From Rhodothermales bacterium (GTDB taxonomy: Bacteria > Bacteroidota > Rhodothermia > Rhodothermales > BA12): a stretch of 64,000 nt of DNA. The notes beneath the pieces were generated by a model. That model was not told where the DNA came from. It worked only from the letters and a program-made list of their open reading frames with translations, and did not search any database. The DNA is taken from contig CAWJEJ010000001.1 of the NCBI GenBank assembly GCA_963841855.1, positions 1,109,793 to 1,173,792 of the forward strand. The letters run 5' to 3'. The position numbers were made by a program, and so were the translations under genes. This document shows, piece by piece, positions 31,401 through 39,694 of the stretch; within the stretch, counting starts at the first letter, position 1, and every line of letters begins with the position of its first letter.

Positions 31401-32993
31401 TCCTTCGAACAGGTAGGTGCCGCCATTGGCCGTCTCCTTGGATGCAACGAATACGTCGTCGGCCGTGCCGCAGGTGTTGTCAGCTCCGGGCGTGTTGAGC
31501 GTCACCTTGACGCCGTCGATGCCGGTTTCGCTGTTATCCTGCGTGCCGTTGCGGTTGTCGTCGTTGTAGACGGTGTCGCCGATGGTAGCGAAGCAGTCGC
31601 CCTGACTCGTGGCCGAGGCGGCGTTGAGGAAGACGCTGTCGCCGCCGCTAGGCGAGGTGACTTTGACGGTCACGTCCGACACGCTGGCGGGCACGTTCGC
31701 GAGCAGCGCGCTGCCCAAGAAGGCTTCGCTGCCGTTGTTCGGAATCGTGATCGTCTGCTGAACGGTGACGCCGCCAGCGGTGATGTCGACGATTACGCGG
31801 CGGTTGTCGTTCTCGACGTCGGTCAGCGCGTAGTTGACCATGATGTCACGGGCACGGGTGGCCGAGGGAAGCGAGATCGTCTCGCTCACCATCGAGGTGC
31901 GGTTGACGAATACGTCTTTTTCGCTGAACAGACCGGCGGCCTGGTTGCCGTTGCCGCCGTTGCGCACGACGTAGAGGTTGAGCGCGCGCGGTGTGTTTTT
32001 GGGCGATCCGGCTCCACCGGTGTTGACCGTAGCGGTCACTTTGTCGATGTTCGTGCCGCCTTCCAAGCGGACGCGGTAGAAGAAACCCTTGCCAGCGTCC
32101 GAAGAAGTCGGTGCGGTGAGGACTTTGTATTCGCCGTCTGTTTCGAAAGAGACGGCTTTGGTATCGGTGCCCGTCTGGCCCTGCTCCGCCTTGACCGTTA
32201 CCTGCGCGATGATGTAGTCGACGGTCGACGGGTTGGGGATGGTGAGCATCGCCGGGTTGACCGAGCCTGCCGAGTTGCCCATTCCGGTCGCGTAGAAGTC
32301 GATCGACTGGCCCTGGCCGCCGTTGGCCGAGCAGTTGAACGCGAAGTTGTTGGTGCTGCCGCCGTTGCCATCCTCGAATCCGGGAGGTGTCGAGGGCGTG
32401 GCGCAGGCGCCGGGCGCAAACGACTGCGCGACGCCGCGCTCCGAAGCGCGCGAGTCGCGGTGACGCTGGTAGTTGGGGTAGTAATCCCACGCGAGCAGTG
32501 TGTTGCTGGCGTGGCCACCGGTTGTCAGTTCGCTCTGCACCGATCCGATGTAGAGGTCAGTCTGCCACGAGCACTGGGGCAGGTCGACGTTGATCGTGTG
32601 CGTGCCGGGGCCGTACGTGGCCGCCACGTTGTCGTAGAGAACTTGCTCCTCGAAGGGGCGCGCCTCGCCTCCGGGCATGGAGTACGAGGTGAAGTTGACC
32701 TGGACTGGGCACGCGTCGGCGGGCAGCTTGAGAGTGGCTTGGCCGGCCTGAACCGTCGAGTTGGCGCTGTTGTACGACTTGAGCTGGTTGTACGTGTAGG
32801 TCGTACAGGTCTGGCTGTTCGAGAAGGCGACAGCCGGAAGCGGCTGGCTTTGCGTGGCGTTGACTTCTTCGTAGACCGTACCGCGCAGGTCGGCGGGGAG
32901 AGCCAAAGTGGATCGCTGGGCGAAAGCCGATGGGACGGCAAGAACGCAGAGCAGCAGGCCGAGCGCGTAGGAGCGTGTGATGGCGAGAGGCAT
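28416..32993 (-). CDS. Giant (1525 aa) secreted surface protein: SdrD B-like domain, two DUF11-type repeats, T9SS C-terminal sorting domain
   Basis: The ATG at 32993 gives a signal peptide ([26 protein letters not shown]). It has an SdrD-B-like [29 protein letters not shown], DUF11-like [31 protein letters not shown] and [30 protein letters not shown], and a Por tail [13 protein letters not shown]...[22 protein letters not shown]. Confidence 0.8.
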   Translation of the reverse strand: [1525 protein letters not shown]

Positions 32994-33453
32994 GAACTGT
33001 AGGAGTGGAGAGAGGAGAAACCCCTTGGCTCGTGGGACTCGGCGAGCGAGCGTGGGAGCAGGAGGCACGTGGTGAAGCAGGACTTCTGAGTGGCTACCTC
33101 CCTCTTCCCCAACATCCGTACCGACTGTGAGACGAGACCACTCAATCAGCCCCCAAACCTTCCAATCGCCGTATTTTCCTATCTTTCCGCAGGCTAGCTG
33201 GCCCTTTCTGCACGATCGGATCTCAGCCTGGGACAACGGAACGGCGGCGGCGTCTCGCCTTGATTCGGATCGCTACCGCTAGTGCGTGGCTGCCTTACCG
33301 GCGCAGCAGCGCGATACCTCGCGAGGACCGTGCGTTGCGGTTGACACCGTCGCGTCGCGTCGGGTACCTTTCCCAGTCGGAGTCCCGCTCCGACATCGCC
33401 TCCTCCCCTTCCCGCCACCGATCTCCGTGACTGACCCTCTACCCGAAGACTGG

Positions 33454-34740
33454 ATGCTGTATGCAGCGGCGATCCTATTCGCTCTCGTACTCGTCGGCAG
33501 CATCGTCGCAGCGGTCTCCAGCCGCCGCTCGCGCAGGCACAAGTCTCGGCCCGAGAGCGCACCGTCTGCAACGGCGATCGGCTCACCCAGCGATGGCATC
33601 GTATCCGAAGTGCGCGCGCGCAGCGGTCCCGATGCCGCCGCCTTCTCGCCGCCTCGCCCTGTCCCTGGATCGGCGCCCGCTGCTCCCAAAGTGCTCACGC
33701 CCGAGCCAGACGTCCCGACGCTCCAGCAGCTTACCAAGTCGGTCGCGCGGGTGCGTTCGGAAACGCCGCGCGACCCCGACAGCGTGACGCCCGAGCAGGC
33801 TGCGTTCGCCGCGCGTGCCCACCTGGTCAAATCGCTTCTGTTCTCGTCAGGCGCCCAAACCATCTGCGCGCTGCGCCATCAGGATGGGCGTTATACCGTG
33901 AGCCAGATCGCCTCGCGCAACGTGTTTGCTCACGGCCCGGCGTCGAACCGCTCGTTCCTCGACCGCACCCCGCTGGGCCCGGACGAGGTGGGCACGGTCG
34001 CGCGTTACCGCGTGGGCTCGCAGCTGACGCGCAGCGCGCTGCAATACTACAAGGAGGAGTTGGATATCCGCGAACTGGTCTCGACGCGCTTCCGACTGGA
34101 CGGCGTCGACCACCTGCTACTGGCGGACACCGTCGACGAAGGAGGGCTCGACGGAGACCGGATCGAGCATCTGCTCTTGTCTACGGCCCAGGCAATGGAG
34201 ATCGCTTCGGGAGATACCGAGGCGTTCGAGCCTCTGGCTCTGCCGGTCTCGCCTCAGCCGTCGGCATCGCTCAAGGCTCAGCCGCCGACCGATGATACTC
34301 CGACTCTCGACGAGTTGGAAGCCCCTGTGAGAAACGATGCTCCCCTCCGCCCGCGCCGCGACATCATCGCCGAGGAGTTGGAAATCGTTGGTCCGCTCGC
34401 TCTCGCGATGCTTCATCTGGCCGAAGAGGAAGGCGTAGCGGCCGAGCCGTCGCCCGAGCAGGACGCTCGGTTTGAGGCCAGCGTGCGAGAAGTCGCCGCC
34501 GATTACCGCGTCGAAGTGTTCGGCGAGCTGCAATACGGCGTCTTCGTGCGCGGCGAATCCGAAGTGGTCGAGTCGTGGATCGAGTCGGCTTACCAGATGC
34601 TCAATGCGCCTGAGGGCACACGTGTCATCGTCGGCGGTGCGATGCGCGGCGAGAATACGTCGCCCGAGTTGCTGAGAGAAAATGCCACGGCCGCGCTCGA
34701 AGCCGCCTACCACGAAGGCGAACCCATACTTTACAGCTGA
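33454..34740 (+). CDS. Membrane-anchored hypothetical protein (possible GAF-like plus degenerate GGDEF-like C-terminus)
   Basis: The ATG at 33454 gives a TM helix (MLYAAAILFALVLVGSIVAAV), followed by a Pro/Ser-rich linker. The C-terminus has LALAMLHLAE...VFGELQYGVFVRGE...ATAALEAAYHEG, loosely resembling a GGDEF fold with the signature replaced. The domain call is weak. Confidence 0.5.
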   Translation: MLYAAAILFALVLVGSIVAAVSSRRSRRHKSRPESAPSATAIGSPSDGIVSEVRARSGPDAAAFSPPRPVPGSAPAAPKVLTPEPDVPTLQQLTKSVARVRSETPRDPDSVTPEQAAFAARAHLVKSLLFSSGAQTICALRHQDGRYTVSQIASRNVFAHGPASNRSFLDRTPLGPDEVGTVARYRVGSQLTRSALQYYKEELDIRELVSTRFRLDGVDHLLLADTVDEGGLDGDRIEHLLLSTAQAMEIASGDTEAFEPLALPVSPQPSASLKAQPPTDDTPTLDELEAPVRNDAPLRPRRDIIAEELEIVGPLALAMLHLAEEEGVAAEPSPEQDARFEASVREVAADYRVEVFGELQYGVFVRGESEVVESWIESAYQMLNAPEGTRVIVGGAMRGENTSPELLRENATAALEAAYHEGEPILYS

Positions 34741-34783
34741 CATTCGCGCACTGCTCTCCCGCGCATCCCCCATCCCCTTGCCT

Positions 34784-35959
34784 GTGACCGACCCCCACGC
34801 TTCGCTCTTCGTCACCGTCGTCCTCGACGGCGTCGGAGCCGGAGCCCTTCCCGATGCCGCCGACTACGGCGAGACCGACTGCGACACGCTGGGCAACATA
34901 GCCGAGCAGCGCCCGATGCGCCTGCCGATTCTACAGGCGCTGGGCATAGGCCACACGCGCCCGATCAAGGGCATACCCCCTGTTCTTCGGCCGCGCGCGT
35001 CGTACGGACGAATGGCCGAACAGTCGGCCGGAATGGACTCGACGAGTGGACACTGGGAACTGGCGGGGCTTCAGCTCACGACGCCCTTCCCAACGTACCC
35101 GGACGGCCTGCCCCAGTCGCTGCTCGACGCGTTTCGCGATGCCATCGGCGTCAGCGGCGTGATCGGCGGCGAACCGGCCAGCGGGACCGACATCATCGCC
35201 CGCTACGGCGACGAGCACCGCAAGACCGCCGACCCCATCGTCTACACGTCGGCCGACAGCGTCTTCCAGATCGCCGCGCACACCGACGTGACGCCGCTCG
35301 AAACGCTCTACCGCTGGTGCCGCGTTGCGCGCGAGCAGGTGTGCGTCGGCGACCACGCCGTCGGGCGCGTCATCGCGCGTCCGTTTGCCGGAGACACGGG
35401 CGCCTACGAACGCGCCGAAGCCCAGCGCCGCGACTTCGCGATGCCGCCGCCGCGCCCGGTCCTACCCCAGGTGCTCCAGCGTAACGGCGTGCAGACCGTC
35501 GCCGTCGGCAAGATCTACGACCTGTTCGCCGGCGTCGGCTTCAACCGCGCGCACAAGACGGACGACAACGCCGACGGCATCGAGCAGACGCTCCAGGCGA
35601 TGGAAGCGGCGCGCGGCATGAACCGCCCGACGTTCATCTGGACCAACCTGGTCGACTTCGACTCCAAATATGGACATCGCAACGACGTAGAAGGCTTTGC
35701 CCAGGCGCTCGAAGCGTTCGACACCGCCCTGCCCCGCCTGGTCGCCGCGCTGCCCAAGGGCGGGCGCCTGCTCATCACGGCCGACCACGGCAACGACCCG
35801 ACGACGCCCTCGACCGATCACAACCGCGAATACGTTCCCGTCCTCTACTACGGCGACGGCAACCCGCGCGACCTGGGCACGCGCCCAACGTTCGCCGATC
35901 ACGCCGCGACCGTCGCGGGCTACTTCGGCATCGAGATGGCGGCAGGGACGGCATTTTAG
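34784..35959 (+). CDS. deoB: Phosphopentomutase
   Basis: VVLDGVGAGALPDAADYGETDCDTLGNI and ITADHGNDPT match the family. The start is a GTG at 34784 or a TTG at 34778; the track start overlaps the upstream gene. Confidence 0.88.
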   Translation: MTDPHASLFVTVVLDGVGAGALPDAADYGETDCDTLGNIAEQRPMRLPILQALGIGHTRPIKGIPPVLRPRASYGRMAEQSAGMDSTSGHWELAGLQLTTPFPTYPDGLPQSLLDAFRDAIGVSGVIGGEPASGTDIIARYGDEHRKTADPIVYTSADSVFQIAAHTDVTPLETLYRWCRVAREQVCVGDHAVGRVIARPFAGDTGAYERAEAQRRDFAMPPPRPVLPQVLQRNGVQTVAVGKIYDLFAGVGFNRAHKTDDNADGIEQTLQAMEAARGMNRPTFIWTNLVDFDSKYGHRNDVEGFAQALEAFDTALPRLVAALPKGGRLLITADHGNDPTTPSTDHNREYVPVLYYGDGNPRDLGTRPTFADHAATVAGYFGIEMAAGTAF

Positions 35960-35963
35960 TCCG

Positions 35964-36584
35964 ATGGGCGGAGACACCGACGCGTTCGCCGACCTCGACG
36001 GCGCGCCCGAGAACGCCGTCCATCCGCTGACGCCCCGTGCGTGGCGCGCGTGGCTGGCCGAACATCACGGGACTGCCGACAACGTCTGGTTCGTCTACTA
36101 CAAAAAGGCGACCGGTAAGCCCGTCGTCACCTACGACGAGTCGGTCGAAGAAGCCCTGTGCGCGGGCTGGGTCGACAGCCTGCCGCGCAAGCTGGACGAC
36201 GAGCGGTCGATGCTCTACTTCGCGCCGCGCAAGACCGGGAGCAACTGGTCGCGCCTGAACAAAGAGCGCGTCGCCCGCCTGGAATCGCAGGGCAAGATGA
36301 TGCCCGCTGGCGCCGCCCTGGTCGCCCAAGCCAAGCGCGACAAGAGCTGGAACGCCCTCGACGACGTGGAAAACCTGATCGTCCCCGACGACTTGGCGTC
36401 CGCCCTGGCCAACGCACCACCCGCACGCGAAAACTGGGACGACTTCCCACCGTCAACGCGCAAAGGCATTCTCGAATGGATCCTCAACGCCAAGCGCCCG
36501 GCGACGCGGCAGAAGCGCATCGGCGAGACGGCCCGGCTGGCGCAGCAGAACAAACGCGCGAATCAATGGCCGCGTGAGACGTAA
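35964..36584 (+). CDS. YdeI/OmpD-associated family protein
   Basis: ATG at 35964. WRAWLAEHH...VWFVYYKKATGKP.VTYDESVEEALCAGWVDS and C-terminal KRPATRQKRI fit the YdeI family. Confidence 0.75.
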   Translation: MGGDTDAFADLDGAPENAVHPLTPRAWRAWLAEHHGTADNVWFVYYKKATGKPVVTYDESVEEALCAGWVDSLPRKLDDERSMLYFAPRKTGSNWSRLNKERVARLESQGKMMPAGAALVAQAKRDKSWNALDDVENLIVPDDLASALANAPPARENWDDFPPSTRKGILEWILNAKRPATRQKRIGETARLAQQNKRANQWPRET

Positions 36585-36763
36585 TGGAACAACCAATCTG
36601 GACATATTGGCTCAACATAGTTGCTAGCATTGGCTCTCTCGCGGGATTGATCGCTACTGCAATCGTTTTCAAGCGTACTCGGAAGTTTGGCAAAACACTC
36701 CAAGCGGTTTACGCCATTCCTCGGTCAGTTGAACAGCTACGCGAGGTCGCATCTCGATTTTAG
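36584..36763 (+). CDS. 59-aa ORF with one N-terminal TM helix (low-GC pocket, ORF-a)
   Basis: The ATG overlaps the ydeI-like stop (TAATG). It translates to MEQPIWTYWLNIVASIGSLAGLIATAIVFKRTRKFGK... and ends at a TAG (36761-36763). It falls just under the track's length cut-off. Confidence 0.4.
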   Translation: MEQPIWTYWLNIVASIGSLAGLIATAIVFKRTRKFGKTLQAVYAIPRSVEQLREVASRF

Positions 36764-37021
36764 ACGGAAGCAGCTGTAGGTCCAAACCCACAACTACGAA
36801 CACACAGCGGGTTCGCCGAAGCGCTCAGTTTGATCGACGCTATAACCGATCACATTTCAGATGCACGCATTGCTCGACGGATCAAAGAGCAGCGCAATCT
36901 CTTGGATGCCATACTCAAGAAGGACTGGGGCGATGAGGCAGCTTGGGACGCACACGCAACTGTACTGCGCATCGTTCAGACTGCCACGCAATATGTCGAC
37001 ACGCTTAACCTCAACCCCTAA
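36764..37021 (+). other. Open frame continuing ORF-a past its TAG (track ORF 36830-37021 is Met-free with a TTG start)
   Basis: It is in the same frame as 36584 (246 nt apart), with no stop between 36764 and 37019 and no ATG or GTG in frame. It is either the C-terminal part of a nonsense-interrupted 145-codon gene or a read-through product. Confidence 0.35.
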
Positions 37022-37025
37022 AACA

Positions 37026-37400
37026 ATGGAACCGGAGAATACGGACGTTTACGTCGATGTGATCGCGAAGCTGATTCGATTGACGATTGAAAGTGGATTG
37101 TCGTGGACTGCTCGAGAGTTGCTACCAACCGAAGCAGAATTCCGTGGGGGTCGGATTCACGAGGCCGAATACAAAGAACAGAGGTTTTTGCTTGAGGAAA
37201 AACCTGTTCTCTTAAGCAGCAAAAACATGGACTTCAGTAAATTCCGCCCACAAATCGCCACCGATTATGCACTCTCCATTGAGCGACCAGATGGCACTAT
37301 TCTTCTACTGCCTCGCCTAGCTGCCCTCAAGAATCTTTCAGAGGCTATTAAGCAGAAGAATCATGATCAGTTAATGGAAGTGAGTCGTCTTCTGGACTGA
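37026..37400 (+). CDS. Hypothetical 124-aa protein (low-GC pocket, ORF-b)
   Basis: The ATG lies 4 nt after the previous stop. It translates to MEPENTDVYVDVIAKLIRLTIESGLSW... with A/T-ending codons atypical for the host. No family recognised. Confidence 0.5.
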   Translation: MEPENTDVYVDVIAKLIRLTIESGLSWTARELLPTEAEFRGGRIHEAEYKEQRFLLEEKPVLLSSKNMDFSKFRPQIATDYALSIERPDGTILLLPRLAALKNLSEAIKQKNHDQLMEVSRLLD

Positions 37401-37405
37401 CACAA

Positions 37406-38860
37406 TCACACGATCGCCCCAGCCAGCGCGAACAGGACGACGCTCACACCTGCTATCGCTAGGCCATAGGGCAACTGTGTGTTGACGTGGTCGACGTGAT
37501 CGGATGCGGCGGCCATGGACGAGATGATGCTCGTGTCCGAGAGCGGCGAGCAGTAATCGCCGAAGACGCCACCCGACAGGACGGCGCCCAACATCAACGC
37601 AGGTGATAGGCCCAGCGACTCGGCGACGGGCAGGGCGATGGGCACGAGGATCGCAAACCCGGTCCACGACGAGCCGAGCGTGAACGAGACGAAGCAGCCC
37701 AGCAGGAAAACGACCGGAGCGATGAGCCACGCGGGGAGATCGTCGCCCATCAAGCTCGCCACGAACGGACCAATTTCGAGCGCGCGCGACACCTGTCCCA
37801 GCGCAAACGCGAACACGATCAGCAGCGTCACGCCGACCAGTCCGGCGCTGCCTTTGAGCACCAGGTCGGTCGACTGCGACAGCGTCAGGATGCGGCGTCC
37901 GGGCAGGGCGTACAGGATCATAGCAGTCCCGATCGACAAGCCGACAGCCCACAGGACGGACGTGGAGCCGGACCCGGCCGCCAGATCGCCATCGCCCGTG
38001 ATCCAAAGGCCGACAAACACCATCGACACGAGCACGATGATGGGCAGAAAGAGGTCGAGCGGATTGCGCGGCGCGCGGTCGACGGGAGGCAACTGCGAGA
38101 CTTCGTCGGACACCAGCGGCGTGGCGCCGGGGCGGAGCAGTTGGCCGGTTTCGCGGGCTCGGATTTCGGCGCGTCGCATCGGGCCAAATCCCCAGCCCGT
38201 GACGGCGGTGAATAAGGCGAACGCGACGGCGCCCCACGCGAAGAAGTTGAAGCCCAGTCCCGCCGCCAGAAGTCCGATGCTGTCATCTTCGCCCACGCCT
38301 TGGGTCGCCAGCAACCCCAGCACGTAGGCGCCCCAGCCGTTGAGCGGGATCATCATGCAGACCGGCGCGCTCGTGGCGTCGCAGTAGAAGGCCAGCTTCT
38401 CGCGCGGGAGGTTGAGCTTGTCGAAGAATGGACGAGCGACGGCTCCGGTCGTCAGAATCGTGATCGACGACTCGACGAAGATCGACAGGCCGACGAAAAA
38501 CGCCAGCAACTCGGCGCCTCGCCGCGTCTGTCCCCACCCGCGCCGCTGCGCCCACTCGACGAAGCCCGCCACGCCGCCCGAAGCCTGCACCAGTGCGATC
38601 AATCCGCCGACGAGCAGGCAGAACAGCACGATCCGCACGTTGCCCGCGTCGGCGAAGACGGCGACCATCTGGTCGGCCAACTCACGCAGCCCGAGCAGCG
38701 GATTGCCGCCGACCAGGATCGTCGTGCCCAGCCACAACCCGGCAAAGAGCGAGAGGTAGACCTGCCGCGTCGTCAGCGCGAGGCCGATGGCGAGGATGGG
38801 CGGAAGGAGGACGATCCAGTCCATGAGCGGCGAGGTGAGGAGAGCGCCAAAAGTAGGCAT
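37406..38860 (-). CDS. Na+/H+ antiporter NhaC-family membrane protein
   Basis: Polytopic. DWIVLLPPILAIGLALTTRQVYLSLFAGLWLG is typical of the NhaC family. The start is an ATG at 38860 or 38824. Confidence 0.85.
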   Translation of the reverse strand: MPTFGALLTSPLMDWIVLLPPILAIGLALTTRQVYLSLFAGLWLGTTILVGGNPLLGLRELADQMVAVFADAGNVRIVLFCLLVGGLIALVQASGGVAGFVEWAQRRGWGQTRRGAELLAFFVGLSIFVESSITILTTGAVARPFFDKLNLPREKLAFYCDATSAPVCMMIPLNGWGAYVLGLLATQGVGEDDSIGLLAAGLGFNFFAWGAVAFALFTAVTGWGFGPMRRAEIRARETGQLLRPGATPLVSDEVSQLPPVDRAPRNPLDLFLPIIVLVSMVFVGLWITGDGDLAAGSGSTSVLWAVGLSIGTAMILYALPGRRILTLSQSTDLVLKGSAGLVGVTLLIVFAFALGQVSRALEIGPFVASLMGDDLPAWLIAPVVFLLGCFVSFTLGSSWTGFAILVPIALPVAESLGLSPALMLGAVLSGGVFGDYCSPLSDTSIISSMAAASDHVDHVNTQLPYGLAIAGVSVVLFALAGAIV

Positions 38861-38924
38861 CCGGGCGCACTGCCGATCCGTTTGCGCCAACGTGCGTTCC
38901 AACCGGCACAAACCGATTCGACCG

Positions 38925-39554
38925 ATGGACCTGCTGACCGACACCCCGCCCGCCGAGATCACCAACCGCGTCGCCGAGAGCGCCATCAAGGTGTTCGATC
39001 TTGCCAGCCTGTGGATCGACGCTCCGATCGACGAAATCGACTTAGAGTCCTTTCTGTACAAGGGTCTAGTCTTGCGCGAGCGCGACTTCCGCGATCAGAT
39101 CAAAGCGTACGACTGGCACCACCACGCCGGACATCACGTCGCCCTGTTTTGCTCGACCGACGCCATCGTCCCCACATGGGCGTGGATGCTGATCGGCAGC
39201 AAGCTCGAAGGCGTCGCCGTCAACGTCACGCACGGACGCAAAGCCGACGTGAGTAGGGAGTTCTATATAAGGGCGCTCGCCAACGTCGACTGGTCCGCCT
39301 ACGACGACGCCATAGTGGTCATCAAAGGCTGCGGCTCAACTGTCGTGCCGACGGGTGCTTACGTCGAAGCCACGCAGCACCTGATGCGCGTCGCCCGCAA
39401 ACTGATGTACGGCGAGCCGTGTTCGTCCGTCCCGCTGTGGCGCAAACCCAAGGCGGGACCGGCGATGCGCACGACGGCACAGGTGGGCGCGTTCAAGCCT
39501 CTCCCCTTCGCTGCCAGTGGTGACGCCTGCGACCCGGCGACGGGCGTATGCTGA
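38925..39554 (+). CDS. DUF2480-family protein
   Basis: ATG at 38925. FLYKGLVLRERDFRDQIKAYDW...VALFCSTDAIVPTWAWMLI matches the Bacteroidota DUF2480 pattern. Confidence 0.7.
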   Translation: MDLLTDTPPAEITNRVAESAIKVFDLASLWIDAPIDEIDLESFLYKGLVLRERDFRDQIKAYDWHHHAGHHVALFCSTDAIVPTWAWMLIGSKLEGVAVNVTHGRKADVSREFYIRALANVDWSAYDDAIVVIKGCGSTVVPTGAYVEATQHLMRVARKLMYGEPCSSVPLWRKPKAGPAMRTTAQVGAFKPLPFAASGDACDPATGVC

Positions 39555-39606
39555 GGCCTCGGGAAGCTCGACGATTGGATCGGACGGCGGAGTGATCGGT
39601 GCGTTT

Positions 39607-39642
39607 GGAGATCGCCACGTCGCGGTGCTCCTCGCGATGACA
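39607..39642. repeat. Right-arm copy of the TGTCATYGCGAGG hairpin-repeat family
   Basis: Compare ggagatcgccacgtcgcggtgctcctcgcgatgaca here with cggagatcgccagacttacggcttcgcgatgaca at 19750-19783. Confidence 0.55.
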
Positions 39643-39694
39643 AGGGTCGGGGGTGAGGAGGCAGTCTGGAAAGCCAATAGCTTGCACGAGGAGT

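Noticed and set aside
30816-33002. A 728-aa plus-strand ORF inside the giant adhesin locus.
   Set aside because: It is antisense to a gene with a signal peptide, SdrD-B/DUF11 modules and a T9SS tail. Its composition (R/V/A/G-rich) is that of a GC-driven artefact.
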